Made by a program: the position numbers and the translations under genes | Shown here: piece by piece, positions 34,695-47,666 of the stretch | Layout of the letters: each line of letters opens with the position of its first letter | How positions within the stretch are numbered: position 1 is the stretch's first letter | Notes under the pieces: model-generated | Told to the model about the DNA's origin: nothing | The model's database searches: none | The model's input: only the letters and a program-made list of their open reading frames with translations | From: Eutreptiella sp. 'Long Island Sound 2002' | Taxonomy: Eukaryota; Protista; Euglenida | NCBI GenBank assembly: GCA_964036045.1 | Contig: OZ038379.1 | Span: forward strand, 11,594,001-11,658,000 | DNA length: 64,000 bases | Direction of reading: 5' to 3'

Positions 34695-35379
34695 GTATGG
34701 ACGGGCCTCCTCTTCCATCTTTTCTCTGCACTTCTGCTCGTCTGCTCGCTCACTGCCTCTTCTCACTTCTCGTGATGGGCGTTCTTCGTGGGCATCGGCG
34801 GCATTCACGTTTCTTCGTGCTTTTGGACGGACCCCCCCTTGGTCCCGCTTCCGTGCGTCAGGATGGGGCGCAAAGCAGAACCACCCGCACCCGCCGGCTG
34901 CAGGAAGGGGGGGGGGTTCCGGAGCGGTTGACCGGGCAATCTCTGCACGCCAGCTATCCCTGCAGTGTCCCTCCCCTCGTGGGGTCACCGACACCCTGGC
35001 GCCTGAAACAGCCGTGCGTGCCAACTTACCACCCGGCCTGGGACTCATACTTGGGACCTCTAGTTCAAGTGTCAGGGGCATCACCAATTCGCTTTTGCGT
35101 GGGGGGGGGTCCCATGCTAGGCAACCTTACGGCGGGGGGCCAAGAAGGGGGGGTTTTGCCATGGCATGGGAGGGTGCAATTTGTCATTTGCAATTTTTTT
35201 TCACAAAGGGTTTTTTGTGGTGCGGCAGGGCAGGAGGGCTTTATTGTGCCACCGCAGGGCAGCAGGGCTGTTTTGTGTGTTTTGTCTATGTCCCTTTTGT
35301 TTTATTGTTTTATTTATTTTGTTTTTTTTTGTGCTGCCATCGGGCAGTAGGATTATGTGAGCTGCCATAGAGCATCCAT

Positions 35380-35572
35380 CCAGAGTGCACCAAGAAATAG
35401 CAGCAACCATCCAAAGCACACCAGGAAATAACAGAAATAACATCCAAAGTGCACCAAGAAATAATAGTAACCATCCTGAGTGCACCAGGAAATACCATGA
35501 ACCATCCAAAGCGCACCAAGAAATGTGAGCAACCGTTCAGAACGCACCAAGAAATCATGGCAACCATCCAGG
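35380..35572 (+). repeat. ~30-bp minisatellite (gcaccaagaaat...aaccatccaaa), about 6-7 copies
   Basis: Recurring gcacca(a/g)gaaat and accatcc words. Confidence 0.85.
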
Positions 35573-35883
35573 GCCCTGTGGGACTAACAGTGTTTGTCCA
35601 AAGCAATAGCAATGTCCATCAAGGACTTTGGACGTTGGCCTGCACAAAGATGCAATTTTTGTGGACAATGGACAGCAATCATGCGGAAGCCTTCGGAAAT
35701 AAGAAACAGTAATACGCGGGGCAGGGGTTGTGTGGCGCCGCCGTATTGTTTTGTCCACTACAAAATGATCCCCCATTGCCCATTCGGGGTCTTGACTGGT
35801 GTGCCCAGCTACCATAGGTTATGAGGGGGATCACATTTAGCACATATGGGAAGCAACAATGGACGATGTAGACCCCCTCCCCC

Positions 35884-36650
35884 TTGTCCATCTCTGCCCT
35901 TCCCCTTCAGATAGAAAAAATATTTTTTGGTTATTGTATTGGTTTCCAATCACCAGGTAGATGATTTTTGTTTACAGTACTGGCACCGTAAACATTTTTG
36001 CAGGGAGATTTCGCATTGAGAATTAATCTCTACACCAAACATTACAAAAAATGGGAGCATTGACAGTGTGTTCGGGTTTCATTTGATCAATGTTTCCCTC
36101 CTTGCAGTTGTGCAATTAGGGAGATGTCTTTTAAATTGTCTGGAGAATGCAACTTATAACTATCTGTCTTTTTGTGGATCTGCTTTACACATTCCCCAAG
36201 GGTTGCCAATGACCCGTCGTACCATATCCAAACAAGGTCCACATCGTGCGCTACTAGTTTCGGCTGTTGCTAGAACTGTGTTTTTCAGATACAACTCGGT
36301 GTAGAGAAAATGCAAAATCACCTCGAAGAGAGATCAAGCGTAGTTGCGGACACCATACACCCCCTTTTGGGGTGTCATTCGCGTATCCCTGACTGACTGC
36401 TTCCCTGACTGACTGACGGATTGGCTGACTGTCAGCCTCTCTTCGAGGCCCCTTGCCAAAGGCAATAGAATTTGACCGAGATTTGTCAATGTTTACAGCG
36501 CCACCGCCGTAAAATTTTCATTGGTCATACATTTCCGTTCCAGTCAGTTGGTGCCTTGTCGTGCGCATGTTTTCAAAAAGAGTGCATTTTTTACGGCGCC
36601 CTTGGGTTTGGGGGTTTACGGCTGTACGTGTGCGTGTGGTGCACCCCAAG
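35884..36650 (+). repeat. Interspersed repeat family copy 1 (diverged partner at 47667-48254)
   Basis: Colinear shared blocks from ttgtccatctctgccctt to gtgcaccccaag with many substitutions; this copy has an extra ~150-bp insert. Confidence 0.85.
36321..36448. mobile_element. Putative MITE with 12-bp terminal inverted repeats, nested in the repeat above
   Basis: cctcgaagagag ... ctctcttcgagg; absent from the 47667-48254 copy; a related left end occurs at ~63299. Confidence 0.6.
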
Positions 36651-36865
36651 GCCAAAGTAGCGCATCTTCATGCAGAGCCCCCCCCCCCCCCTGCCAACCC
36701 ACCAAACACCTTGAGGAGGGAGGAAATGGGCAATGATGCATTTTTGGGGACGGGGGCGGGTCCCCTCCCCATACCATGCTCCTTAGGGGGGGGGGGGGGG
36801 CTTAGCGGGGGGTGGGGCGTTTTGCCATGGCATGGGAGCCCCCGCCCCCCTGTAAACGCGAATTG

Positions 36866-36975
36866 GAAGGGAGCAGTGTGACAGGCAAAGACACCCGAGG
36901 GTTTGGTCGGGGTACTGTGCAGGCATCGTTTGCTGAGGAAGTAAATTGGAGAGCGCGCGGGGAGGCGGGGGGGGG
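36866..36975 (+). repeat. ~110-bp dispersed repeat; inverted copy at 42351-42461
   Basis: Near-identical reverse complement; same peptide (EGSSVTGKDTRGFGRG...) on opposite strands in the ORF track. Confidence 0.9.
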
Positions 36976-37224
36976 GGAGCCGAGCTGCTGGCAGCCCAGA
37001 TGCATGACGACTGAGCTATGTGACCTCATTGAAGTAGAGGAAGAGGAGCAGGGGAGCGGACAGAAGAAGGAAAAGGGCGGGGGATGGGAATGGAGGGACC
37101 AGCGCACCGGGCAGGCGGTGCTGATGCGGCTCCTCAGGCTCCGCCGCGTGTGCGGGCGGCCTCTACGCCCCCCTGCCCCTCCTCGCCTCTGGCCCGTGGG
37201 GCCTATCCCGCGCCCCTCTCGCAG

Positions 37225-38385
37225 GTGGGGCCGGCATTCGTGGTCCTGGGGCCCACCGGCTATGTCACCGACCCGGCCCCGGTGCCGCAGGACGTGCCCT
37301 TCACTCTGACGGTGGCGGGGCACGGGCTTTCCGAGTGGGACCAGTGGGACGTGGTGCTGACCGCCACCGAGGCCTGCGGCGACCACGCCCGAAACGTCAC
37401 GGGGGCGGGCCTCAACGCCACCAACGACACGGTGCGCGTCGTGCTGGAGGCCCGGGACGCGGAGAGCTACACCGTGTGCTACAAGTTCCGGCACATGGCC
37501 TGGCAGGGACTGGGCGCGCCCCTGCTGGTGCGGTTCGGCGCGGCGGCCATCGGGACGGACCCAGCGCCGCTGCTCCCGTACCAGCGCTTCAACCTGACGC
37601 TGACCGCGGCCGGCCTCGCGGCCGGGGACAGGTACGCGCTGCGGTTCTACGCGGACGCGTGCCGCGACGCCGGGCCCGGCACCAACGTTACCGGCGAGAT
37701 GCTCAACGGCACTGCGCTGACGGTGCCGGCCCTGAGTCTACCCGCCGGCGAGTACACTGTGTGCTATCAGCTCGGCGACCGGCTCTGGGTGCCCTTTGGG
37801 TTCCCCGACCTCGGCCCGGTGGTGGTGCGCGGCGCGGCGTACTTCCGCACCGAACCCGAGGAGGCCTCCAACCTGCTGGCCTTCACCCCGATCGTCACCG
37901 GCAACGGCATGTCGACCGGTGACCGGTACGCGGTGGTCGGTGGTACCGGGGACGTCGGCTACTGCGAGTCGCAGCTGAGCCCCACTGGCGGGGCGCCCGC
38001 GGCTCCCGTCGACAACACGACCGTTGTGCTCGCGGGAATGACCAAGAGCCCCGGGGATTTCACGGTGTGCTACCGCTTGGACGGGGACGTGTGGAACGCG
38101 GTGCCCCGGCGCACCGGCGAGCACCTGATTGTCGCCGGCGCGGTCTACGCCCTGAGCGACCCTGTGCCGGTGCTCGTGAACAGCAGCTTCAACCTCTGGA
38201 TCGTGGGCTTCGGATTCGACGTGGCGGCGGACCGATACGCGATTCGGTCCGGGGCGGAGGGCTGCGCGATGGACTCCGGGGCAAACTTCTCGGCGGCCCA
38301 GGTCTCCGAGGACCGGACGCGCGTGTTCGTGCAGGGGGCGTTTGTGCCCGCCGCCGGCATGCGTGTCTGCTACAACGCCCGACAG
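37225..38385 (+). CDS. Exon 3: Ig-like repeats
   Basis: Acceptor ctctcgcag| and donor acag|gtagcg, phase 0/0. Confidence 0.9.
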
Positions 38386-38542
38386 GTAGCGCCTCTTCTT
38401 CTCCGTGGGTTGTGCACACGTGCTCATCCCCCCTGGAGGTGATGGATGACGGGCATGCCTGCCATCTGGAGTGTCTGTCCCCAACACCCAATCCGTGAGT
38501 ACGTAACCAAGAGGATGTTCCTGGTGCGGGGTGTGTGTCCAT

Positions 38543-38596
38543 GCGCGCGCGCGCGTGCGTGTGTGCGTTTGTTTGCGCGTGCGCGCGCGCGCGTGT
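38543..38596. repeat. (GC)n/(GT)n alternating tract
   Basis: Seen directly; a similar tract lies at ~38985-39016. Confidence 0.9.
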
Positions 38597-39747
38597 GTGC
38601 TCTCACCTTTCTCCCTTGTGACTGTCTTGCCTACAGGTACACCTGTAGGCCTGCGTGTGCGCGGTCGCCCCCCTGCTACTCATTCAGGCAGATTCACGAC
38701 AGTTCTTGTTGTGTGGTTGGGGGCTGGTGCCCAACAATGTAGGTGAACCATGGGCTCCGCTGTGGAGAGCTTGCGATCTGTGGGGTTTGGGCGGGAGTGC
38801 ACGCCTGTCTGTCTATCCATCTGTCTGTCAGTCTGTCTTTGCCCTGACAGCTTACACACCCTTTTGACTCTGCCATAGAAGAAAAGACGCCAAGAGCTGC
38901 TCTGCGGCGCCTGTGGAGTCTTCTCCAGCCGCTTGTTTAGCGTTGTCTGCTTCTTTGTTTGTTTTCCTTGCAGATCTCATCGCGTGTGTGTGCGCGCGCG
39001 CGTGCGTGCGTGTGTGCTGGGGTGTGTGAATGATGGCATTTTTCAGGTGAAGAGCCAAACAGCGTCGTCGATGGGCAGTTGGTGTACATGTGTGCGTGCG
39101 TGTGTGCGTGTTGAGCTGCCTGTACGTAGTTTTCTGCGCATGGGTGTACGTGTAAGCGCGGCACATTTGTGGGTATGCCCGCAGGAAGTTGTCGGAATCG
39201 GTTGTTGGGCGCCTGCGGGTCATGAGTTGTGGCTGGCACTACAGCAGGTCCTGGCTGCTCCCGGGGTGCGCACTGTTGTACCCGAAGTGCTTTGCCGCCC
39301 ATGCGCGAGTATCGTACGATTGTGGCTGGTCGCATGTGCGCGCCGCTCTACGGTGGGAAGCTTCGTGTCAGGCCCGGGCGTTTCGCCGCGGTGCCCTCTC
39401 CCGGGGGCCCGTATACCCTTGCCCGTGCTTGGGATTCGGGAGCGTTCACAAGCGGCGATTCAGTAGTTAAAGGCCAAAAATGGCATGTGGAGGGCGGACG
39501 AGGAGGTTGCTTTGGCCATCCGGGAAGCGCCGGAGAAGCGCTTGCCCATACAATGGCTGTACCCGGTCATTTGTGCATTGGAGGCTGCCTTGGACAGCTA
39601 CGCAGTTGCTGAGTCACTTCCGGTGTTAGTGAGAAGGATACAAGCGGAAAAAAGCCCTTGGTCACAATGCATAACTAGACACCGCGCCCCCCCCCCAAGC
39701 CCACCCCTCACCTCCGCCCTGGCTGCCCCTTCCTCGTCCTTTTGTAG

Positions 39748-41268
39748 GTGGGGTGGCTGCTGACGGCCCTCCAGGGGCCCACGCTCAGCTTCACCACAAG
39801 CCCCGCGGCCCCGGTGCGGCTGACCGACTTCACGCTCACCCTCAGGGGCGCCACCGGCGCGCTGAGCGAGGGCGACCAGTACGCCCTCGTGCCCGTCGCC
39901 CACGCGTGCCACGGCGCCCTCAACGTCTCCAACACGCTGGTCCTGGGCGCCGGCACCAACGCCACCGTCGCGAGCGACGCCTTTGGCTCGAGCCTGACGG
40001 TCGCCGCGGTGAACGTGCCGGCGGGCGCGTACCACATCTGCTACGCCCCCGCGGGGCAGGCCTGGGTGCACCACCAGGAGCTGCGCGTCGCTGGGGGCGT
40101 CTCTTGGAGCACCGCAGGGTCGCCCGCGCACGGCGTCCCGTTCGCCATCGAGTTGCAGGGCTTCGGGCTGAGCCGCAATGACTCTGTCAAGGTCGTGCCA
40201 TCGGGCGCGGAGTGCGGCGTGTGGCTGGGAGGCCCGTGGGTCCCGGGCGCCAATCTGACGGACGGCATGGTCGACGCCGCCGGGGAGGCCGCGACGCTGC
40301 CGGGGCTGCAGCTCCCGGCGGGCCTGTTCGACGTCTGCCATGACCTCAACGGGTACGGGGCGTTGAGGCTGCCGGGGTCGCTTGTGGTGGCCGGCGCGAC
40401 GCGCTGGGGAAGCGACCCGGCGCCGCCCGCGCGCGCGTCGAACTTCACTTTCGTCGTTTACGGGCACGCGCTGTCGGCCGACGACCGGGTCAAGCTCGTC
40501 GACACGAGTGCGCACGCGGACTGCCACAACGACACGCACCCGGGGGCGGAGGTGTCGGCCCCCGACCCGGACCGCGAGAACTCCGTGAACGTCACGGACC
40601 AGCGGCTGGACGCCGGGCGGTACCTCGTGTGCTACAACGTCCGCAACACGACGTGGGTGCCGCAGCCGCAGCCGCTGGACGTGTTCGGCGCGTCCGGCTT
40701 CAGCACCACCCCGGCCCTGCTCCTCCGAGACGTGGACTGGCTGATCGCCGTGCGGGGCCATGGGCTGGGCCCCGGCGACGCAATCGCCCTCGTCGCGGGC
40801 GCCGACGAAGCCTGCGCCGCGGCCGTCTATGCCCCGGTCTACACGCACAACGTGACCGCTCTGGAGGCCGTGACCGTGGACGGCGTCAGCACCGTCAACG
40901 TCACGCGCCCCGTCCGGCTCCCCGCCGGGCCCTACACCGTGTGCTACCGGCTCTTCGCGCACGCCGAGCGGGACGACACGGACCCGGTGTGGGTCATGGT
41001 CGGGGACCCCCTGGAGGTGCTGCCGGGGGCGGGCGCCTACAGCGTCGCGCCGGCCCAGGCGGCGGACAACACGCTCTTCTCCATCACCTTCACCGGCACC
41101 AGCATGGCCAACGGCGACCGCTTCGCCTTCGCTCAGGGCGGCTGCGGCGGCCTCAGTCCGGGGTCATCGGGAATCACGGTGGCCGGGGCCGCCGGGGATG
41201 GGACGTCAGTGACGGAGGTTGGGTTGCAGCTCGCCGCTGGCGTATACGATGTGTGCTACAGCCTCCAG
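39748..41268 (+). CDS. Exon 4: Ig-like repeats
   Basis: Acceptor ttttgtag| and donor ccag|gtatgg, phase 0/0. Confidence 0.9.
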
Positions 41269-43150
41269 GTATGGAGTGGTTGTCAGAGGGGTGGTTGTCA
41301 GGCCGGATGAACAACAAAGTCCGTTTGGACTACTGTTGATCAAGAACTTCGTTCTGACCCGTTTTCGGTGAACACGGTTTTTGTGGGCCCAGTATGCCCA
41401 TGTTTGGCAGCCTGTGGTCTTGCCGAGAGTCGCCCATGGGCCGTTTCAAAGATGCGAAATTGCTGCTTGCACTCAAAATTGCCAACACGGGTTGGCTGAA
41501 AAACCGAATTTTCAAGTGACCCCTAATGACCCCGAGGGAAGTTGGGTTTTCACTTCTGGGGGACCCCCGAAAACTGGTGGGTGGTTCGGGAAAAGGGCTC
41601 AATTGACAGGACCATTAATAAGTCATTATGAACTCTGGCGCCGAAGGCGCCGAAAATGTTTTTGAGCATTGAAGATGGTCAATTTTTTTTTTCACCAAAT
41701 ACATGGCAAATGTTGTTTTTTCTCAACCCCCTCGACGCACTGATTCCAAACATCTTATTTTCCCAAATTTTGGGTCCGGGTCACCTCCGGGCCCAGCATC
41801 GGTACGATTTTTGGGGGGCCCGTCAATTGAGCGTTTTTTTTGGGGGGGGTCTAGCCAGAGGGCTGTATCCAACCCCCCCCCCCCCCCGGAGACGAAAGCC
41901 CGTCCACCCCGAGGTATATTTGAACCAGGGTTTGGGTCATCGTTTGGTAACCATGGAAGTGCATATTATTATGGCCTAACAATTCATTTTTGACCCCTTT
42001 TGGTCAATCCACTGGGGTCCGGACACCCAGTCAATAGATAAATTTCATACAATGCCCTTTGGCCAAACAATCCAGTGCGGACCCATGGTCGACAGCTCGG
42101 CGTTGTACAGGTCTGTGCAGGTCTGCGAAGGGTTGTGTACGAAGAGGTGCGCTCGGGGTTGTCCCAATGACGGAGTTGTCATGACTGGAGGAGAGGGCTG
42201 TGGAGGCCTGTGGAGGGGCGCTGAGAAGCCCAGAGGGCACGCGTGGGCGCGCGCGCATTCAACAACGGAGGGTGGGGTCTGAGATTTTTGACCCACGCAG
42301 CTCGGCTGCCCGCCCCCCCCCAGATCAGATACCGAGGCCTTGTGCCAAACCCCCCCCCCCGCCTCCCCGCGCGCTCTCCAAGTTACCTCCTCAGCAAACG
42401 ATGCCTGCACAGTACCCCGACCAAACCCTCGGGTGTCTTTGCCCGTCACACTGCTCCCTTCGCGCCTCCCAAGGAGTGCACTGCGCTTGAGGGGGTCCCT
42501 ATCGCTGCTGGGGCCCGGAGCGGTCTCCCACTTGACTGAACGTGGGGGCGGTCCGTGCCCTGTTTGGCGTGACGCCCCCATCTGCATTGCTGTGCAGGCC
42601 TGTTGGCATCATGCAGCGTTGCTGGGGGTTTTTCTAATAAGTTTCTGAGGGCTGATGAGGGGCCAACGGGCTTTGAAGGGACGCTCCAAAGCTGGAGCGG
42701 AGGCTGGAGCTGAGACTCCGCAAGTGCGGCGCGATTGGAACGTGCGCCGTTCTGTCATACAATTCAGCCCCCGCTGGGTGGGTGGGTGGGTGGGTGGGTC
42801 TGCACCGCCCCAGCCCCCCCTTTGCTTGTATGGGCCCTGAGGTACAACCTTTCGCTGCTCCAGGCAAAGCCTTTTGGAATTCTCCTCCCCCCGCCCCAGT
42901 TCTTCCGTCTTCTTTGTGATGCACGCCTGATGGGCCTGGGCGTGTGCGGTGAGGCTGTAGGGCATGAAATACGGGTGCCTTGAACACTCAGCGGGAGCAT
43001 TCGAAGAACAAGTAGCAAGCGCGGGAGAAAAGGCTGCAACCCACGATCAAGGCCCCACCTCTCCAGGGTTCACAAGCAGAAGCGGCAGCCGCGACAACAG
43101 CACGAATGGCATCGATACTTCTTGGGTTTTGTTTTAATTTTTTTTTTGAT

Positions 43151-43228
43151 TTTTTGAATTCTCGGAAAATTTTGAATTCTCAGAAATTTTTGAATTCTCG
43201 GAAAATTTTGAATTCTCGGAAATTTTTG
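43151..43228 (+). repeat. ~19-bp tandem repeat (ttttgaattctcggaaa), 4 copies
   Basis: Seen directly. Confidence 0.92.
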
Positions 43229-43438
43229 GGACGAAATTCCCAAAATGCAAATTTCAAGCAACGGCTGACTATTGAGGGCCCCATAGAGAGCCGTAGACGT
43301 GGCGTTGCCGCATGCGGCAAGGGTTGTGGAGGGCGTGAGGGCGTCGCAAGGCAGTGGTGGGCGAGGGTGGACCAGGACCCCCCGGCATGTGCCGCCGGGT
43401 TGACGAACCGCGTGGGTTGATGGCTCCACAATCCGCAG

Positions 43439-43897
43439 GGGCTCGACTTCCTGGAGGTGGGCGGGAACCTGACGGTCGCCGGGGCCGCCGCGTGGACGAC
43501 GGATCCGGCCGCAGTGGAGAACTACGAGAATTTCACGGTGACGATCACCGGGTTCAACCTGAGCGCCGCCGACAAGTACGCCGTTGTCAACGCGCGGACC
43601 AGTCTCAGCGGCTGCGACCAGCCGTCGAATCCCGCCTACGTCAGTGACGCTGCCGTGGACGGTTTGTCGGTGGGCATCCCGGGCCTCCTGGCGCTGCCGG
43701 CGGGCGTGTACCTGATCTGCTACAACACGGGGGGCATCTCCTATTTGGATTCCGCGGCGCCGTACGTGGCCGTTGGGCCGCCGCTCCGCGTCCAGGGCGT
43801 GGAGTTCTTCTCGTCCGACCCCACGCCCCCCACCGACGACGCGCCGTTCACCGTTACATTCCACGGGCTTGGGCTCAACACGACGGACCGGTACCAG
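43439..43897 (+). CDS. Exon 5: Ig-like repeats
   Basis: Acceptor ccgcag|; donor ccag|gtcgtc (weak, inferred from repeat continuity RYQ|VVVG). Confidence 0.8.
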
Positions 43898-45396
43898 GTC
43901 GTCCTTGGGCTGGGGTGGGCGTTGATGTGGGAGTCAGCGGCGTTTCGAGGGGGGGGCAGCGGAGGTGAAACGTTGTGCTGGGTAGGGGGGCGGGCCATTC
44001 GGGACCCGCAGATGCAGCATGTAGAGGGTGGCGGTTTGGAGACGGTTTTCTCGTGCCGATAGCACGGTGGTATGCACGCAGTCGTCCCCCCCCCCCCCCA
44101 CAACCCACACCTTCCCTGGTCTACAAACATGTCGACAGTGTCTACAATCAGCAGACCGCGTCTACTTGTATCAGGTAGTGTTTACAACCCACAGAAGGTG
44201 TGGTCATTGCCCCGCCCCCCCCCCCTCTGCACGTGCAGCCTGGCGTTGCACCAAGTACGAGCGTTGAAGTACATTCCCTTGTAAAGGTATGGTGCGGTAT
44301 GCAAGAACGCTGACTATGTGTCAAAAGCCCCCCCCCTCATGCGATACATGGATGGCAGAGCACAGCGTGAATCGTGCAGAGGGTGCACGGCCAAGTGCTG
44401 GATGTGCAGCGCGCAAAGTGCAATGTGGAATGTGTGTTGTGGATGAGTGTGCCGTCGGATATGCAGAGAGTGCCAGGGTGGGTGTAGTGAACACGCTGCC
44501 GTGTGTAGAGTGCACAGGGGTGCAGTGTAGAGTGTGGAGTGCCATGTGCTGGATGTGCGGTGGGCAGTGGGCGAAGTGCAGTGCAGGGGTACAAGTGAGT
44601 GGTGTGCAGTGAGATGTGCACAGTGTGCCTTGTGGAGAACAGTGTGCAGTCGTCAAATATGTGGCGTGCAGAGCGTGAAATCGTGAGTCCAGTGCGCGGT
44701 GTGTAGTGTGCGCACTGTGGAGTGCACTGTAGTGCAAATTGCACCACCTGCCCCACCACTTGGGTCCCGGTGTTCAGTCTTGTTGAGGTCTGGGCCCCAT
44801 TCCCTTCCCGGTGCGCTACCTGGCCTGGCCACTGGCGGGGGCACACACCGTGCGCTGTGCGACAAGTAGGCTATTCTGGACCCGTTTCCCCCGATGGCCA
44901 AGGTGACCGCAGTAACTACGGTGTTCCCCTACACAGGACTACTGAGATTCTTACTCAGATCAGAAAATCAGACGACGCGTTGAAACAAATGGTGTTTCGC
45001 ACTGAAAATGCCAGAATGCTGTCTGAATCTGCTGTGTTTGCCCCGTGGGCGTGGCTTCCCCAGCGGTGGGTGGCTTTCAGGGTGGTCACGCAAATGCTGA
45101 CTTTCTATTGGGCGCTGTGCCCGCGCTGTGCAGAAACGACCCCCTGGATAGCAGCGCCTCTGGCGCAACGCTGCCACCCTCAAAAGCCTGCAACAGCTCT
45201 CGACTGGTGGGCACAGTGTCGCGTGTCTGAGGGGTGTGCAATCAGAAGGTTGTTGAGGGTTGTGGAGAGGTGCCCAGGGGTGATGGAGGGGGTGTGCGAG
45301 GTCGTGGAGGGTTGGAGGGGTAAGAGGATCGACCAGGACCTTCCCTAACTTCGGAACAAAAAGCCGACATCGCACCCTCTCGCACCCTCCGCTCAG

Positions 45397-46174
45397 GTTG
45401 TGGTGGGGACCTGCGTCAACGTCACGGACGGCACCAGCACCGGCGTGAACTTGACGGACATCTCAGGGGACGGGCTGGTCACGGTAGGGCCCTTTACCCC
45501 GGGGCCGGGCTGGGCCGTGTGCTACAGCTTCAACGGGCAGGAGTACCAGGTGGTGGACTTCGGCGGGGCCGTGGGGTGGGCCTCGGACCCGAGTCCCCCG
45601 TACCCCGAGGCAGACTTCGACCTCGTCGTCACCGGCGCCAGCCTCTCGGTGCTCGACAAGTTCGCCTTCGTCCCGGGCGACGCCGTCGGCTGCGCGCCCG
45701 CGACGTCCGGCGACGCGCGGCCCTACAACCTCACCGCGCCCGATGTGGCCCCGTCCCGCGCGCGCGTGAACGTCACCGCCGGAACGGCGCTGTCCGCCGG
45801 GATGTACACCGTGTGCTACGCCGTGGACGCGACGCGGTTCGTCTCTATCGGGCACACCTTGACGGTTGGGGGCGCGACTGGGTTCGCCTCCACGCCCAGC
45901 TTTCCCAAGCAGTACACGGGCTTCACGCTGCGGCTGGACGGGTACCTGTTTGGCGAGGGTGACCGGTGGGCGGTGGTGCCGCAGAGCGAGGGGTGTGCAG
46001 TGGCGGCAGAGGCGCGCGCGCGCAACGTCAGCGGGGCGACGTTCGCGATGGACGCGTACAACGTCACATCGTACACGGTGGCGGCCGACGGGCAGGACGC
46101 GGGGTACCATGACGTCTGCTACGATTTCCAGGGATCCGGGTGGCTAAAGGTGGGCACAACACTCCGCATCGACG
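45397..46174 (+). CDS. Exon 6: Ig-like repeats
   Basis: Acceptor gctcag| and donor gacg|gtatct, phase 1. Confidence 0.88.
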
Positions 46175-47666
46175 GTATCTATTGTGTCCTCTGATGGTTC
46201 TTGTCTCCTTTTGTCCCCGTTTGTGGTTGCTTGTTGTTTTTGTCGGGTTTTACTTGTTGTTGCTTGCTGTTGCTTGGTTTTACTTTTTGTTGTTTGTTTG
46301 TTCTTGCTCTTACTTGTGGTTGTTGTTTTTTGTTACTTGTTACTCTTTGGGTGCACTATGTGGACGCATAGAGCTGTAAAGTTAGGCTGCGCGGGGGCAA
46401 AAAGTGCCATAAACGCCACAGAGATCCATTTGGCCAATGCCAAAAGAGGGGTGGTAGGCGGATTGACACAGTTCTAACGCAAACGTTTACGGCACCATTG
46501 CCGTAAACGTTTACGGCGCCACCACCATAAAGCGGCACGGGTATTGGAGGGGAAGCTTTTAGGTAGCAGGAAGACGTGCCCCCCCCCCCCCCAGAGGAAT
46601 AGAGACTACACCCCCTCTCCCTTCTCTTCATCTTTCCACAGGCAAGAACCAACATGATCAAATAATTAGGCAATGGTGTTGAGACGATGGTGTGGACAGT
46701 AACAGCCTGCCTCAGGCCGGCCAGGTCATTTCCGAGGCAGGGCAGAGATGGAGAATTTGGGGCACCTGCGTAGCCCACTAGGTACGGGAAAGCATTTTTA
46801 CAGCGCTCCCGCCGTAAAACTGTACGGTGTTGCCGCCATAAGTTTGTGTATAGGTCCTTGATTGCCGGCGCAATGGTCTCAAAAATGTCATACCGCAACA
46901 GGAAAGCACTCAGTTGCACACTCTGGATATGAATAGAATAGGGCGCTCTCAAGAAATATATAGTAATCAAAATTTAGGGCTTTGGTGAAATTGAGCTCAT
47001 AGGCCATCTATTTGGCTACTTACGGTGTTGGTTAGTGGTGTTAGGCCGTACAATTTTTCCTGCGGATATTATAGATATTGCAGATATTGTTTTCTGCGAA
47101 AACAAATCCTGTTGATGGGCAGCATGCAGTTTTGCCAGTGGACATGCTTTTGCATGTGTGTTGGGGTGTCTAGAGAAGGTGGAGGGGGGGGGGGTAATGG
47201 GATAAAATTGTGCATTGGGTTGGCCTCAAAAGGCATCAAAATGGCACCCCGCGGTGGTAAGCGCTGCTTTGCAGCCAAGGAGCCCGTAGTGTCTGACGGC
47301 GAGATAGAGGAGATTGGTGCAACGGCCGCCCCTGCAGTGGTCAGTTAAGAACCCCGGGATGTACCCGAGGACAAGTTGAGTGATGGTGACGCCAAATTTG
47401 GTGCAGTGGGAAATGACAAAATTGAAGCGGGTGCTGTAACACCCATCTATGAGGACCCTGCCAAGCAGGATACCATTAGAGTACACAGGACACGGGTTTT
47501 GATCCTGCACCTGCAACAGATAAGGACTTGGACTTTGATGTGACGTCAGATGTAAGAACCGGTGGGGGGGCTCATTGTGTGTAGGGGTGACCACATGGTT
47601 AGCTCTGAGAGGGGATGACTGGTAGCATAGCATTGGTATAAGTGAACCATGCAGGTTCCTTCCAAT

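Noticed and set aside
39598-40962. Long minus-strand and alternate-frame ORFs over the exons (e.g. 39598-40962-, 37738-38487-, 31110-31916+, 45463-46110-)
   Set aside because: Shadow ORFs expected from high-GC3 coding sequence; no motifs.
46356-46970. Minus-strand ORF with IKDLYTNL, reminiscent of a Penelope-like RT motif
   Set aside because: Single short motif with no other RT motifs in register; not supportable without a search.
47262-47540. Acidic peptide-like stretch MAPRGGKR...DGEIEEIG...PEDKLSDGD
   Set aside because: In-frame stop, no splice support and no recognisable family.
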